Positions 1 to 9,591 of a stretch of DNA of 64,000 nucleotides are shown in pieces. Position 1 is the first letter of the stretch; the number at the start of each line of letters is the position of its first letter. This DNA comes from Escherichia phage vB_EcoM_ESCO32, in sequence record OM386658.1; one strand, 5' to 3'. The notes beneath the pieces were generated by a model that was given only the letters and a program-made list of their open reading frames with translations, ran no database searches and was not told where the DNA came from. The position numbers were made by a program, and so were the translations under genes.

Positions 1-450
1 GCACAGGGCGGTATCCGAAATAGTGTATTAGCAGCTATTGCTCCAAATGAGTCCAGTAGTCTTGTAAGTAATACGACTAACTCTGTGTATCCTGTACGTG
101 ATACTATAGTTTATAAACAAAGCCAAAAGGGTAATGTTCTGTTTATTGTGCCAGACTACGATAAACTAAAAGATATTTACCAATCGGCTTGGGATACACC
201 AGATAAAGATATGGCTGAAGCATATGGGCTGTTGACTAAATTCTTAGATCAAGGTGCATCATGTGATAAGTGGATTGACTATTCTAAGATGGAAGGTGGT
301 CGTTTATCCATTAAATCAGAAATGCAATATATTCTTCAGTTTGCAAAACTTGGTGGTAAATCTTTGTACTATCTAAATAGCAGAACAAAATCGGCAACCT
401 CACTCGCTCAAGAGGATGAAGAATCCGGTTGTGAGGCTTGTAAGATGTAA
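1..450 (+). CDS. nrdA: class Ia ribonucleotide reductase large subunit, C-terminal part (5' end lies outside window)
   Basis: Frame 1 is open from base 1; C-terminal tail ...EDEESGCEACKM carries the redox Cys pair typical of R1 C-termini; nrdB follows. Confidence 0.75.
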   Translation, partial: AQGGIRNSVLAAIAPNESSSLVSNTTNSVYPVRDTIVYKQSQKGNVLFIVPDYDKLKDIYQSAWDTPDKDMAEAYGLLTKFLDQGASCDKWIDYSKMEGGRLSIKSEMQYILQFAKLGGKSLYYLNSRTKSATSLAQEDEESGCEACKM

Positions 451-457
451 TGAAACT

Positions 458-480
458 AGGGGGCTTTGTCCCCCCTTTCT
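458..480 (+). terminator. rho-independent terminator-like hairpin after nrdA
   Basis: GGGGG-cttTgt-CCCCC stem-loop followed by T-rich run; approx coordinates. Confidence 0.45.
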
Positions 481-491
481 TAAGGAGGAAT

Positions 492-827
492 ATGCCTACA
501 TTAGTTGTATTACCTGGAGCAACACCACAAAGACGCTGGGGAAATTATACACTGGTAGATAGTAAAGATTTTACATTCGATTGGTGTTGTCATTATATTG
601 CAGGTTTTCAATTTTCCAGTGTTGAAATATGGGCTTCCAATGATCCCATAGCTACCTGGTATGCTTTAACCAGAGCAAGGTATGAGGGAGAGGTTACTAT
701 ACTACTCACAAAGAGTGTATGGGACGCATTAGAGAAGGCTTACCTAGATGATGGTATGGAGAGAGAACACATTGATACAATAAAAGCAATGTGTGATATT
801 GTGGAGGATTTAAATGGCAGCAATTAA
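492..827 (+). CDS. hypothetical protein
   Basis: Track ORF 450..827 trimmed to ATG 492 preceded by TAAGGAGG; overlaps nrdB start by 14 nt; no recognisable domain. Confidence 0.55.
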   Translation: MPTLVVLPGATPQRRWGNYTLVDSKDFTFDWCCHYIAGFQFSSVEIWASNDPIATWYALTRARYEGEVTILLTKSVWDALEKAYLDDGMEREHIDTIKAMCDIVEDLNGSN

Positions 828-1899
828 CTTATACAACGACACTTACAAAGAAGGTTTCTACCCTGTATTTTTGGGAGAACAGTTAGGTATTTTTGATTCT
901 ATTAATGTAACATACCCAGAAATGCATCGTCTGTACAAACTACAAAAACAGCAAGATTGGGATGAAAACGAAGTAAACTTAGATCAGACACGAAAAGATT
1001 TCGTAGCTTGTTCTAAAAGCAACTATGATGTTATGATCAAAAACCTATCTTTCCAATGGGAAAATGATTCACTTGCTAAATCAATCATCACTTTGTTTGC
1101 ACCATTTTTAAGCAACAACGAAGCATGTGCAATGATGATGAAGCAATCAGAAATGGAAGTTTTACACGCTTTGACATATTCTGAAATTATTCGTCAGTGT
1201 ATCCCTAATCCAAATGAAGTTATCGATCAGATTATGGAGAACGAAAGAATCTTCCAGAGGATGGGTATAGTTGAAGAGATAATGAGTGATCTGGCAGAGG
1301 CAGGACATAAATATGCTCTAGGTCTGATTGAGAAGGATGATAACCTTCGTCTACTGATTCTGAAAGGAATGATTGCACTTATCGGTCTGGAAGGTATTCA
1401 GTTCATCTCCTCTTTTGCTGCAACATTTGCCTTAGCAGAGCAGCAATTGTTTGTAGGTGCAGCTAAACTCATTCAAAAAATTATGTTGGATGAACTATTG
1501 CACGTTAAAATGGATTATGCTATTATTGATGCACTGCTGAAAGATCCTGTCTGGAGAAAAGTATACGAAGATAATATCGACGTTCTGACAGAAATTCTTG
1601 ACACAGTAGTTGGACAAGAGGAAGATTGGTGTGACTATCTGTTTAGTGAAGGAAGGATTATCGTTGGCGGTAACGCAGAGTTGTTCAAACTTTGGGTTTA
1701 CTTCAATGCCGCGCCTATCTATCGCAGACTGAAAATGAAACACAAATTCCGTGCACCTAAGAAAAGTCCACTGCCTTGGATGGATGTTTGGTTAAATCCA
1801 GATCAAATTCAAGCAGCAGCACAAGAGATCCAAATTACAGCTTACAAACTGAATTCAGCAAATAAAGATGTAAGTGATGACGAGGAGTTAGACTTTTAA
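814..1899 (+). CDS. nrdB: class Ia ribonucleotide reductase small subunit (R2)
   Basis: 361 aa; motif EGIQFISSFAATFALAEQQLF...DELLH matches R2 di-iron site pattern; acidic C-terminal tail DDEELDF; GGAGG SD before ATG. Confidence 0.9.
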   Translation: MAAINLYNDTYKEGFYPVFLGEQLGIFDSINVTYPEMHRLYKLQKQQDWDENEVNLDQTRKDFVACSKSNYDVMIKNLSFQWENDSLAKSIITLFAPFLSNNEACAMMMKQSEMEVLHALTYSEIIRQCIPNPNEVIDQIMENERIFQRMGIVEEIMSDLAEAGHKYALGLIEKDDNLRLLILKGMIALIGLEGIQFISSFAATFALAEQQLFVGAAKLIQKIMLDELLHVKMDYAIIDALLKDPVWRKVYEDNIDVLTEILDTVVGQEEDWCDYLFSEGRIIVGGNAELFKLWVYFNAAPIYRRLKMKHKFRAPKKSPLPWMDVWLNPDQIQAAAQEIQITAYKLNSANKDVSDDEELDF

Positions 1900-2117
1900 T
1901 GAAACTACTTTGTGTTGGATTAATTTCTGACTTCAAAGACGTTTTCGAAAAGGGAGCCTCTTACGAGGCTTCCGAATTACAGAATGGTTTCTGTGATGTT
2001 TACGGCAAACGTTTAAAAAAGAATGGTGATCATTGGCTAGGAGTTATGTCTTGCGGTCACATTATAGTTAATGGTGTAGCCAAGTTTGAAATTATCAAAG
2101 GAGAAAAAGATGATTGA
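1899..2117 (+). CDS. hypothetical protein
   Basis: Track ORF; TAATG overlap with nrdB stop. Confidence 0.5.
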   Translation: MKLLCVGLISDFKDVFEKGASYEASELQNGFCDVYGKRLKKNGDHWLGVMSCGHIIVNGVAKFEIIKGEKDD

Positions 2118-2292
2118 TTTTGTTGATGTAGATATTAATTCTGACTTAACAGAAGATGAAGGTGGCGCTTTTGTGTGTTCAGATGGAGAAAAATGTTTTA
2201 CTCTGATGGTAGAAACTTATGACGGTATCACAGAAATTCTATTAACAGAGAATGAGTTAAAACAGATGTTAGAAAAGATTGAGGAGCTTTAA
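2110..2292 (+). CDS. hypothetical acidic protein
   Basis: Track ORF 2086..2292 trimmed to ATG 2110 preceded by AAGGAG. Confidence 0.5.
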   Translation: MIDFVDVDINSDLTEDEGGAFVCSDGEKCFTLMVETYDGITEILLTENELKQMLEKIEEL

Positions 2293-2294
2293 TA

Positions 2295-2441
2295 ATGGAT
2301 GATGTAAGTATTTGTCCTATCTGCGGGGGTACTGGGAATTTTATTGTTAGTATGGAACAATTTATTCCTTGTTGGAATTGTAACGGTTTAGGTTTCGTTC
2401 ATACAGAAGAAAAAGAAGAGGAGGAAGATAGTGGGAGTTGA
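2295..2441 (+). CDS. small Cys-rich (CxxC...CxxC) zinc-ribbon-like protein, 48 aa
   Basis: ORF below track threshold: MDDVSICPICGGTGN...CWNCNG...; starts 3 nt after upstream stop. Confidence 0.4.
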   Translation: MDDVSICPICGGTGNFIVSMEQFIPCWNCNGLGFVHTEEKEEEEDSGS

Positions 2442-2757
2442 TATTGCATGGCGTATGTTACAGGGTGCACCTTTTAATAAATGGGAAGAGGCTGTAGGAG
2501 AAGATCCTAAAATTGAAGAAGAATTTGATGGAGATTTGAACTGGTTCTTACAAGAAGGTCTTGATTTAAGTCGTATCTCTCCTTTCTATGATGCTGATGA
2601 ATCTTATTGCATATATGGCATTTATTTAGAAGGTGGCGAAGGAAGTATAGCTGTAGATCTTGAGCAACTAAATAAGAATGCAAAAGAAGCCTATGCACAA
2701 CTTCTTGAAAAATATAACATTGAAACGGAAACTATTATTTCTCAACACGTTTGGTAA
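2431..2757 (+). CDS. hypothetical protein
   Basis: Track ORF with GTG start 6 nt after GAGGAGG; in-frame ATG at 2455 is an alternative start. Confidence 0.5.
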   Translation: MGVDIAWRMLQGAPFNKWEEAVGEDPKIEEEFDGDLNWFLQEGLDLSRISPFYDADESYCIYGIYLEGGEGSIAVDLEQLNKNAKEAYAQLLEKYNIETETIISQHVW

Positions 2758-2770
2758 GGAGGATAGTAGA

Positions 2771-2968
2771 ATGATGCTAGATCAACTGATCAATGCTCCT
2801 CGCGTAACAGTAAGTCCAAAAACATTTGCATCACTTTTAGAAGATGCTAAAGAGGTTTATAACTTTACTGAAGAAGAGCTTCCTGTTCCTGTTGAAAAAG
2901 GTTCCAGATGGTTGTTTTATGAAGGTATTATTTTTACTGAAGGGAATAATTGGAAGGAGACTAAATGA
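2771..2968 (+). CDS. hypothetical protein
   Basis: Track ORF 2678..2968 trimmed to ATG 2771 preceded by AAGGAGG. Confidence 0.5.
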   Translation: MMLDQLINAPRVTVSPKTFASLLEDAKEVYNFTEEELPVPVEKGSRWLFYEGIIFTEGNNWKETK

Positions 2969-3954
2969 AATACTTAGTAACAGGTGGTTTAGGCTTTATT
3001 GGAAGTGCGGTAGTTCGTTTCCTGGCTAAAAATACTAAGAACGATATTTACGTTATAGATAAATGGGGTTACGCTTCAGATCCTAGAAATTTAGCAGAAA
3101 CACCTAATGTAAAGTTTTGTCGTGTTGACTTGACAAATGCGCAGGTAACTGCTAAGATTGTGGCAGATGTTAATCCAGATTATATAATGCATCTTGCAGC
3201 AGAAAGTCACGTAGATAATTCAATAGCATCACCGAGTGTTTTTATAAATTCAAATATTGTTGGGACATTTAATCTTCTAGAAGCTGTTCGTTTAATGGGA
3301 GATAAATCAAATCTTAAAATGTTCCATCATATTTCAACAGATGAAGTGTATGGTGATCTGGAAGAAGGGGATTATCCGTTTACAGAACAGAATCCTTATA
3401 AGCCAAGTAGTCCATATGCTGCATCTAAGGCAGCAAGCGATCATTTGGTAAGAGCGTGGCATCGTACTTATGGTATTCCGACAGTTATAACAAATTGTTC
3501 AAATAATTTTGGAGCATATCATCATCCAGAAAAACTAATACCTAAAACGATAACAAATATCTTGATGCATAAACCAATCCCTGTTTATGGCAATGGTCTT
3601 CAAGTAAGAGATTGGTTATACGTTGACGATCACGCAGAAGCATTACACCTAGTAGTAACTAAAGGCAAATCTGGAGAAACATATAATATTGGGAGCAGAA
3701 ACCCTAGAACTAATATTGATGTAATCTATATGATTTGTGATTATATGGATGCGGTGTATCCATCTGAAACAGATGCTTGTAGCCTCATTGAGATGGTTAC
3801 AGATAGACCTGGACATGATTTAAGATATGAAGTGAATCCTTATAAGATTGAAAAGGAATTAGGGTGGAAAGCTAAAGGCACATTTGAAGAAAAACTTTAT
3901 TCAACCATTGATTGGTATGTAGATAACAAAGAGTGGTGGGAAAATAAAGTTTAA
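2965..3954 (+). CDS. rmlB: dTDP-glucose 4,6-dehydratase
   Basis: 329 aa; N-terminal TGGLGFIGS Rossmann motif, YxxxK ([10 protein letters not shown]) catalytic motif, overall RfbB/RmlB-like. Confidence 0.9.
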   Translation: MKYLVTGGLGFIGSAVVRFLAKNTKNDIYVIDKWGYASDPRNLAETPNVKFCRVDLTNAQVTAKIVADVNPDYIMHLAAESHVDNSIASPSVFINSNIVGTFNLLEAVRLMGDKSNLKMFHHISTDEVYGDLEEGDYPFTEQNPYKPSSPYAASKAASDHLVRAWHRTYGIPTVITNCSNNFGAYHHPEKLIPKTITNILMHKPIPVYGNGLQVRDWLYVDDHAEALHLVVTKGKSGETYNIGSRNPRTNIDVIYMICDYMDAVYPSETDACSLIEMVTDRPGHDLRYEVNPYKIEKELGWKAKGTFEEKLYSTIDWYVDNKEWWENKV

Positions 3955-3962
3955 GGAGGAGT

Positions 3963-4832
3963 ATGAAAGGTATTATCTTAGCAGGTGGTAGTGGAACAAG
4001 ACTTTACCCAGTTACTAAAGGGGTTAGTAAACAACTATTACCAATTTATGATAAGCCTATGATTTATTATCCGCTCTCTGTCCTAATGCTTTCTGGAATT
4101 AGGGAAATACTAATAATTACAACACCAGAAGATCAAATTAATTTTGTAAATCTTCTAGGTGATGGTTCTTCTTTTGGTATTTCCCTACAGTATGCAATAC
4201 AGGATAGCCCAAAAGGTTTAGCAGAAGCGTTTATTATTGGTGAGAACTTTATTGGTGAAGATTCTGTAGCACTTGTGCTAGGTGATAATTTATTCTTTGG
4301 TCAGAGTTTTGGTAGCATTTTAGATTCTGCTAAAGAACATATTGAAAAGAATGGTGGAGCTAATATTTTTGGGTATCACGTAAATGATCCTGAAAGATTT
4401 GGTGTTGTTGAGTTTGATTCTGAAGGTACAGTGGTGAGTATTGAAGAAAAACCAAAAGCACCAAAAAGCAACTACGCAATCACAGGCTTGTACTTTTACG
4501 ATAATTCTGTTATACAGAAAGCTAAGAGCGTTAAACCTTCTGCTAGAGGGGAGTTAGAGATTACAGATATAAATGAGATGTACTGGAAAGAAAAGACTTT
4601 ACGTGTCTGTAAACTAGGAAGAGGTTTCACTTGGCTGGATACAGGAACACATGAAAGTCTTATGGAAGCATCTCAATTTGTTCATGCAATAGAAAAGCAA
4701 CAAGGTATGAAGGTTGCATGCCTGGAAGAGATTGCTTTTAAAAATGAATGGATTACTTTAGACTCTGTAAAAAGTTCTGGAGAGGTTTTAAGTAAAACAG
4801 ACTACGGTAAGTATTTACTTAAATTAAAATAA
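3963..4832 (+). CDS. rmlA: glucose-1-phosphate thymidylyltransferase
   Basis: 289 aa; N-terminus [18 protein letters not shown]...[17 protein letters not shown] is the RmlA signature. Confidence 0.9.
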   Translation: MKGIILAGGSGTRLYPVTKGVSKQLLPIYDKPMIYYPLSVLMLSGIREILIITTPEDQINFVNLLGDGSSFGISLQYAIQDSPKGLAEAFIIGENFIGEDSVALVLGDNLFFGQSFGSILDSAKEHIEKNGGANIFGYHVNDPERFGVVEFDSEGTVVSIEEKPKAPKSNYAITGLYFYDNSVIQKAKSVKPSARGELEITDINEMYWKEKTLRVCKLGRGFTWLDTGTHESLMEASQFVHAIEKQQGMKVACLEEIAFKNEWITLDSVKSSGEVLSKTDYGKYLLKLK

Positions 4833-4844
4833 AGGGGGAATTAA

Positions 4845-5399
4845 ATGATTCAAGCAACAAAAATCGAAGATTTGTTGATCATTCAACCTGACGTTTACGG
4901 AGATGAACGTGGCTTTTTCTTAGAAAGTTTTAATCAGGCTTTATATGATCAATACATAGGTAAACAAAACTTTGTCCAAGATAACCATTCACGTTCTATT
5001 CGAGGAGTTCTACGTGGGCTTCATTTTCAAAAGAAAAACCCACAAGGGAAGTTAGTACGTTGTGTTCGTGGTGAAGTTTATGATGTTGCTGTAGATATTA
5101 GGGTTGGTAGTCCAACATTTGGAGAATGGGTAGGTGTTCTCTTATCTGAAAAGAATAAAACACAATTTTGGATTCCTCCTGGTTTCGCTCATGGCTTTGT
5201 TGTGATTAGTGACATTGCTGATTTTGAATATAAATGTACAGAATATTACGATCCGACTTCAGAGTGTAGTCTTGCGTGGAATGATCCAGATATCAATATT
5301 GATTGGGGTTTTGATTTAATCTTTAATGATATTAATTTTAAACCTATCTTGTCACAAAAAGATCAGGAAGCCAAAACACTAAAGGAGATCATATTTTGA
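4845..5399 (+). CDS. rmlC: dTDP-4-dehydrorhamnose 3,5-epimerase
   Basis: 184 aa cupin-type; RGFFLESF and RGLHFQ motifs typical of RmlC. Confidence 0.9.
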   Translation: MIQATKIEDLLIIQPDVYGDERGFFLESFNQALYDQYIGKQNFVQDNHSRSIRGVLRGLHFQKKNPQGKLVRCVRGEVYDVAVDIRVGSPTFGEWVGVLLSEKNKTQFWIPPGFAHGFVVISDIADFEYKCTEYYDPTSECSLAWNDPDINIDWGFDLIFNDINFKPILSQKDQEAKTLKEIIF

Positions 5400-6226
5400 C
5401 AAAATTTTTAATCTTTGGTTCAAAAGGTCAATTAGGACAATCTTTGGCAAAAGTTGCACCAGAAGATGTTATTTTGATTGAAGCAAGTGATATAGACATT
5501 ACCAACTTTAAAGATGTTATGAATAGTCTTGTACAGCACGTGCCTGATGTTGTTGTGAATTGTGCGGCTTACACGGCAGTAGATAAAGCTGAAGAAGATG
5601 TTAACACCTGTATAAATGTTAATGCATACGGTGCAACAAACATTGCCAAAGCATGTAATGATTTACTGATACAGTTTGTACATATTTCAACAGACTATGT
5701 TTTTGATGGGCATGTTGCTGGCACAGAAGATAGTAAAACAAACCCCTTGAACACCTACGGTTACAGTAAACAATTAGGTGAAACTTTAGTACAAACAGTT
5801 TGTCCTACAGCACTTACTATCAGAACAGCTTCTGTTTATAGTGAATTTGGACATAACTTTTTGAAAACTATGTTGGAACGCTACAACGGTGGTCAAAAAG
5901 AATTTAATGTAGTATGTGATCATTTGTCGTGTCCTACTTATGCACCTGATCTTGCAGAAACAATTTTTAAACTTGTAAAAGATGGTGTAAATAGTAAAAT
6001 TGTACACTATGCAGGTGCAGATTATATTTCTTGGTATGATTTTGCACGAAAGATATTTCTTGTTATAGATTTATCTGTTACAGTTAATCCTGTATCTGCT
6101 TCAACCTATAATTCCAAAGCAGTCAGACCAGCAACATCTTATTTAAAAACAGATCCTACTTTAAATCCGCGAAGTGTTGATAGCGGTATTGTAAGAACTT
6201 TAACTATACTTTTAAACAAGGAGTGA
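5396..6226 (+). CDS. rmlD: dTDP-4-dehydrorhamnose reductase
   Basis: 276 aa; TTG start overlapping rmlC stop, AAGGAG upstream; FGSKGQLGQ Rossmann motif, STDYVFDG motif as in RmlD. Confidence 0.85.
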   Translation: MTKFLIFGSKGQLGQSLAKVAPEDVILIEASDIDITNFKDVMNSLVQHVPDVVVNCAAYTAVDKAEEDVNTCINVNAYGATNIAKACNDLLIQFVHISTDYVFDGHVAGTEDSKTNPLNTYGYSKQLGETLVQTVCPTALTIRTASVYSEFGHNFLKTMLERYNGGQKEFNVVCDHLSCPTYAPDLAETIFKLVKDGVNSKIVHYAGADYISWYDFARKIFLVIDLSVTVNPVSASTYNSKAVRPATSYLKTDPTLNPRSVDSGIVRTLTILLNKE

Positions 6227-6228
6227 AA

Positions 6229-6489
6229 ATGAATTTTATTATCTACGGTAAACCAAATTGTCCTTTCTGCACTAACGCTAAGATTCTACTAGAACAGCGT
6301 GAACAGGATTTTAAATACCTTACCTTAGATGAAGACTATTCTTTAGATCAGATTCAGAATCTGGTTTTAGAGAAAACAGGTGTTCTACCACGCACATTTC
6401 CTCAGATTTTTGTGGAAGATGGTGAACAGCTAACCCACGTAGGAGGTTTTTCTGAACTACGTGAATTCATGGCTCAGATTGCGGAGTAA
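6229..6489 (+). CDS. nrdC: glutaredoxin-like thioredoxin (T4 NrdC-type)
   Basis: Track ORF trimmed to ATG 6229 after AAGGAG; CPFC active site near N-terminus, about 87 aa. Confidence 0.8.
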   Translation: MNFIIYGKPNCPFCTNAKILLEQREQDFKYLTLDEDYSLDQIQNLVLEKTGVLPRTFPQIFVEDGEQLTHVGGFSELREFMAQIAE

Positions 6490-6493
6490 CAAT

Positions 6494-6637
6494 ATGAAAG
6501 GTAAACAGAAACGTAAGATCTTTTCTCGTGCTTTGGCAACAGAGCTTAAGTCCCAAACTAAAAAGACGAAGCCTAAACGTGAAATGTCTCCTGAACACCT
6601 ACTGTTTCAAGAGCTAGATCATGGGGAGGGCGACTAA
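6494..6637 (+). CDS. small basic protein, 47 aa
   Basis: ORF below track threshold with GGAG SD; fills the nrdC-e gap. Confidence 0.35.
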   Translation: MKGKQKRKIFSRALATELKSQTKKTKPKREMSPEHLLFQELDHGEGD

Positions 6638-6649
6638 TATAAGGAAAAC

Positions 6650-7150
6650 ATGGCTAAAGTAGTTGATGTGTTTGATATGTTACGTTTTGATGAAGGACTA
6701 AAGCTAACTGTATATCCTGATACCGAAGGGTATTGGACAGTTGGTATTGGACACCTTCTGACAAAACTCAAAGATAAAGCAGAAGCTATACGCATTCTTG
6801 ATAACTTAGTAGGTAGAAAAACCAATGGAGTTATTACTGAAGCGGAAGCTAGAAGAATCTTTGAAAGTGACGTAAAGAAAGCGATACAACAAATCCATTC
6901 AAGTACCATATTATCTCCTATTTACGATAAAGTAAGTCCTAATCGTAAAATGGCTATTATTAATATGGTATTTCAAATGGGGTTGAAAGGTGCAGAATCT
7001 TTCAAAAATAGCTTGACTTTAGTGAGTAATTCATATTATACTCAAGCCTCTATAAATTTACGTAAAAGTAAATGGTATCGCCAAACGCCTAATCGCGCAG
7101 AGCGTGTAATTCAGGTGCTTAAAACTGGAACATTAGACGCTTATAACTAA
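6650..7150 (+). CDS. e: T4-type lysozyme (endolysin, muramidase)
   Basis: 166 aa; near-collinear with T4 lysozyme: MLRFDEGLKLTVYPDTEGYWTVGIGHLLTK...NMVFQMG...SKWYRQTPNRAERVIQVLKTGTLDAY. Confidence 0.9.
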   Translation: MAKVVDVFDMLRFDEGLKLTVYPDTEGYWTVGIGHLLTKLKDKAEAIRILDNLVGRKTNGVITEAEARRIFESDVKKAIQQIHSSTILSPIYDKVSPNRKMAIINMVFQMGLKGAESFKNSLTLVSNSYYTQASINLRKSKWYRQTPNRAERVIQVLKTGTLDAYN

Positions 7151-7152
7151 AC

Positions 7153-7174
7153 AAAGGGGCGAAAGCCCCTTTTA
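7153..7174 (+). terminator. rho-independent terminator
   Basis: GGGGC-GAAA-GCCCC hairpin plus TTTT directly after lysozyme stop. Confidence 0.6.
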
Positions 7175-7188
7175 TAAGGAGTGCAAAC

Positions 7189-7941
7189 ATGGGAAATAAA
7201 ACCGCAAAGGCTCGTCGTCAATCAGCAGCCAATGATGACAAACGTGCCAGTCGTTATGCGGCTAAAGCAGTAGGAAATGATGATTACCGTCTTGATGAAT
7301 TTACCCCTGTTGGGAATCAAGAAGCTATTGTAAGAAGCATGGTTTGGAATGATTTAACCATTGTTAACGCCCCAGCAGGAACAGGAAAAACGACAACAGC
7401 ACTATGGAAAGCATTGCAAATGCTTAAAGCTGGTGATTTCAGAAAGTTGATTTTCCTTAAAAACCCGACAGAAGTAGGTGATGACCAGATTGGTTTCTTA
7501 TCTGGAGATAAAACTGATAAACTAGCAGCACACTACGAATCAACTAAACGAATTTTCCAACAGTTTATGACTGCAAATAAATTGGAAAACGATATTGCAA
7601 GTGGCAAAATTGAACTTAATATTCCAAACTATGCACTAGGTGCTACGTGGGATAACAGCATTATTCTTATTGATGAAGTTCAACTTATGTCACCAAACAC
7701 AGTAAAACTTCTTCTTGAGCGAGCAGGTCTTAATACACGAATTGTCATTATGGGCGATGTTAATCAAACATATGCAATTAAACGAAGAGCTAACGGGTTA
7801 GGTGATTTGTTAGATCGTGTTGTTCCTATTAACGAAGAAGGAGAAAGGGAAGCTATTGTAGATTTTATTGGTTATGTTGAAATGACAACTGCTGATAACC
7901 AACGTTCCCGTTTGTCTCAGTTCATCACGGAAGTATATTAA
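7189..7941 (+). CDS. phoH: PhoH-like ATPase
   Basis: 250 aa; Walker A GTGKTT and Walker B ILIDEVQ, overall PhoH-like. Confidence 0.85.
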   Translation: MGNKTAKARRQSAANDDKRASRYAAKAVGNDDYRLDEFTPVGNQEAIVRSMVWNDLTIVNAPAGTGKTTTALWKALQMLKAGDFRKLIFLKNPTEVGDDQIGFLSGDKTDKLAAHYESTKRIFQQFMTANKLENDIASGKIELNIPNYALGATWDNSIILIDEVQLMSPNTVKLLLERAGLNTRIVIMGDVNQTYAIKRRANGLGDLLDRVVPINEEGEREAIVDFIGYVEMTTADNQRSRLSQFITEVY

Positions 7942-7977
7942 TAATTACAAGGCAAGGATGCCTGTTATGGAGGTTAA

Positions 7978-8472
7978 ATGACGCTAATTGAGATTGATCG
8001 CAATGGTATTGATGAATGCTATCAAGCTGGCTTAGTTAAGCCGAATGAGTTTAGACAGATTTATATTGACAAGATTGAAAAAGAGATATCTCTTCGTTTA
8101 GAGAACATGACAACTTTGCAAAAAGTTCAGATGTTTTTTAGTTGGTTAAAAGGCGAGGATTGGCTAACTAAATATTACCAGGAATTATCTGATAGTCAAG
8201 AAGGCTTGTTTGAGTGTATAATAAATATAGCTGGGTCTAATTCAGAATTACTCCTGATTGATGAAGAAGATTCTAAACTTCTTTTTCTTAGCAGTATCTT
8301 TCACAAGAAATCTATGTTAGTAAGAAATTGCAGTGATTTACTAAATCATCCACTAACAAGAACTAATAAAATTCTTGTGGATAAAGAAACACTAAGAGCT
8401 ATTGATTACCTCCGTAAATATGTAAGCGGTGGTAAAGCAGTCCTTAAAACACTACAGGAGGAAGTACAATGA
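7978..8472 (+). CDS. hypothetical protein
   Basis: Track ORF; GGAGG SD. Confidence 0.6.
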   Translation: MTLIEIDRNGIDECYQAGLVKPNEFRQIYIDKIEKEISLRLENMTTLQKVQMFFSWLKGEDWLTKYYQELSDSQEGLFECIINIAGSNSELLLIDEEDSKLLFLSSIFHKKSMLVRNCSDLLNHPLTRTNKILVDKETLRAIDYLRKYVSGGKAVLKTLQEEVQ

Positions 8473-9122
8473 CAACAATTATTGCAACACATAACAAAAT
8501 TCTATCTGATGGTAAAGTAACAGTAGGTAATCGAGTAGACACTTTAAATTTCAAGAAAGTGCGTAAAATTGGGGATTACCTTGTTGGTGGTGCAGGACGT
8601 CTGTCTTCTATCCTGACTTTCTTTTCTTGGTTCGAACAAAACTTACAGTGCCAGGCAGCACAAGAGACAATCCCAGGTTTGGTGATCCAGTCAGATCCTG
8701 ATAAAGAAGATGAAGAGTTTGTGGCATTAGTTGTTCACCCAGACGGTAAAATTTATATGCACGAGGGTAACAATCCAACGCGAGCATATCCTTTAACTGA
8801 AGATTATTATGCTGTTGGTAGTGGGGCAGATTTTGCTTTAGCAGCTTTAGACGCTGGGGCAACCCCAGAAGAAGCGATGGAAGTTGCAAAACTGCGAGAT
8901 GCTTTTTCAGGCGGTGAAACTTTTATCGAAGAGATCGAAGAACAACTGGAGTTAACAGCGGAAGATATTCTGAACTTCAGCAAGGAGCAACTAATTAGTA
9001 TGCTGTTGACTGGTGATCCTGATAGTGATGAAGCTGAAAGTATTTTAGCAGAAATGAAAGAATCACAAGAAAAAGTATTGACAGTCTCTGAAAAACTTGA
9101 TAAAGTGTCCTCTGATAATTAA
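8469..9122 (+). CDS. HslV / proteasome beta-like Ntn-hydrolase peptidase with acidic C-terminal extension
   Basis: 217 aa; MTTII N-terminus (Thr directly after Met), KKVRKI, GGAGRLSSILTFFSWFEQNL and YAVGSGADFALAALDAG align with HslV TTIV...KKVRRL...GFAGGTADAFTLFELFE...IAIGSGGPYAQAAA; about 70 extra acidic C-terminal residues. Confidence 0.6.
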   Translation: MTTIIATHNKILSDGKVTVGNRVDTLNFKKVRKIGDYLVGGAGRLSSILTFFSWFEQNLQCQAAQETIPGLVIQSDPDKEDEEFVALVVHPDGKIYMHEGNNPTRAYPLTEDYYAVGSGADFALAALDAGATPEEAMEVAKLRDAFSGGETFIEEIEEQLELTAEDILNFSKEQLISMLLTGDPDSDEAESILAEMKESQEKVLTVSEKLDKVSSDN

Positions 9123-9130
9123 TCTAGTAT

Positions 9131-9152
9131 AAACCCCCGCAAGGGGGTTATT
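9131..9152 (+). terminator. rho-independent terminator
   Basis: CCCCC-GCAA-GGGGG hairpin followed by TTATT. Confidence 0.55.
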
Positions 9153-9162
9153 AGGAGGAGAT

Positions 9163-9591
9163 ATGTTACCAGTACCTGTAATCTTTGTAGAAAAAGCCTA
9201 CTACTCTTTAGAACAAAATTGTAAAAGAGCTAAAAATTTTATTGAAAGTTTAGCAGAACAGCGTTACACTGTATCTAAAAAGGGATGGTTCAGAACTTCA
9301 CAATATTTAGTCAACCCTTTCGGAGAAGTTCGTGTGTTGTATGGCAACACAGAAAATATCTTAGAAAGAATGTTAGAACTAGACAGGATCTCCTCCTGTG
9401 ATTATCAACTGTTGAAATTTTACGATGTGTCAGAAAACGTTAAAAACTTTCTTGATGACTTATGTAAACGAAAAACAGAAGAAGATACAATACCAGTATC
9501 TATGGAAGAATTAACGTTCTTAAGAGATATTATGGTTTTTGAAGAAAACCCTGAAATCACAAAAGAGGAGATTTTAAGTAGTGGCAAATAA
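9163..9591 (+). CDS. hypothetical protein
   Basis: Track ORF; AGGAGGAG SD. Confidence 0.6.
   Translation: MLPVPVIFVEKAYYSLEQNCKRAKNFIESLAEQRYTVSKKGWFRTSQYLVNPFGEVRVLYGNTENILERMLELDRISSCDYQLLKFYDVSENVKNFLDDLCKRKTEEDTIPVSMEELTFLRDIMVFEENPEITKEEILSSGK

Noticed and set aside
1495-1743. Minus-strand ORF (82 aa) inside nrdB
   Set aside because: Lies fully antisense within a well-supported conserved gene; no SD.
814-1899. Group I intron or homing endonuclease insertion in nrdB or nrdD, as in T4
   Set aside because: Both reading frames are continuous and of normal length; the only self-splicing-type element seen is the intein in the helicase.
2086-2292. Track N-terminal extensions using GTG/TTG starts upstream of SD-ATG (e.g. 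2086, 2678, 13381, 36833-37216, 49651, 55031)
   Set aside because: The extended N-termini translate the SD region itself and lack their own SD; starts were trimmed to the SD-supported ATG. TTG/GTG starts were kept only where no in-frame ATG fits (rmlD, nrdG, 9581, 22692, 42292, 57855).
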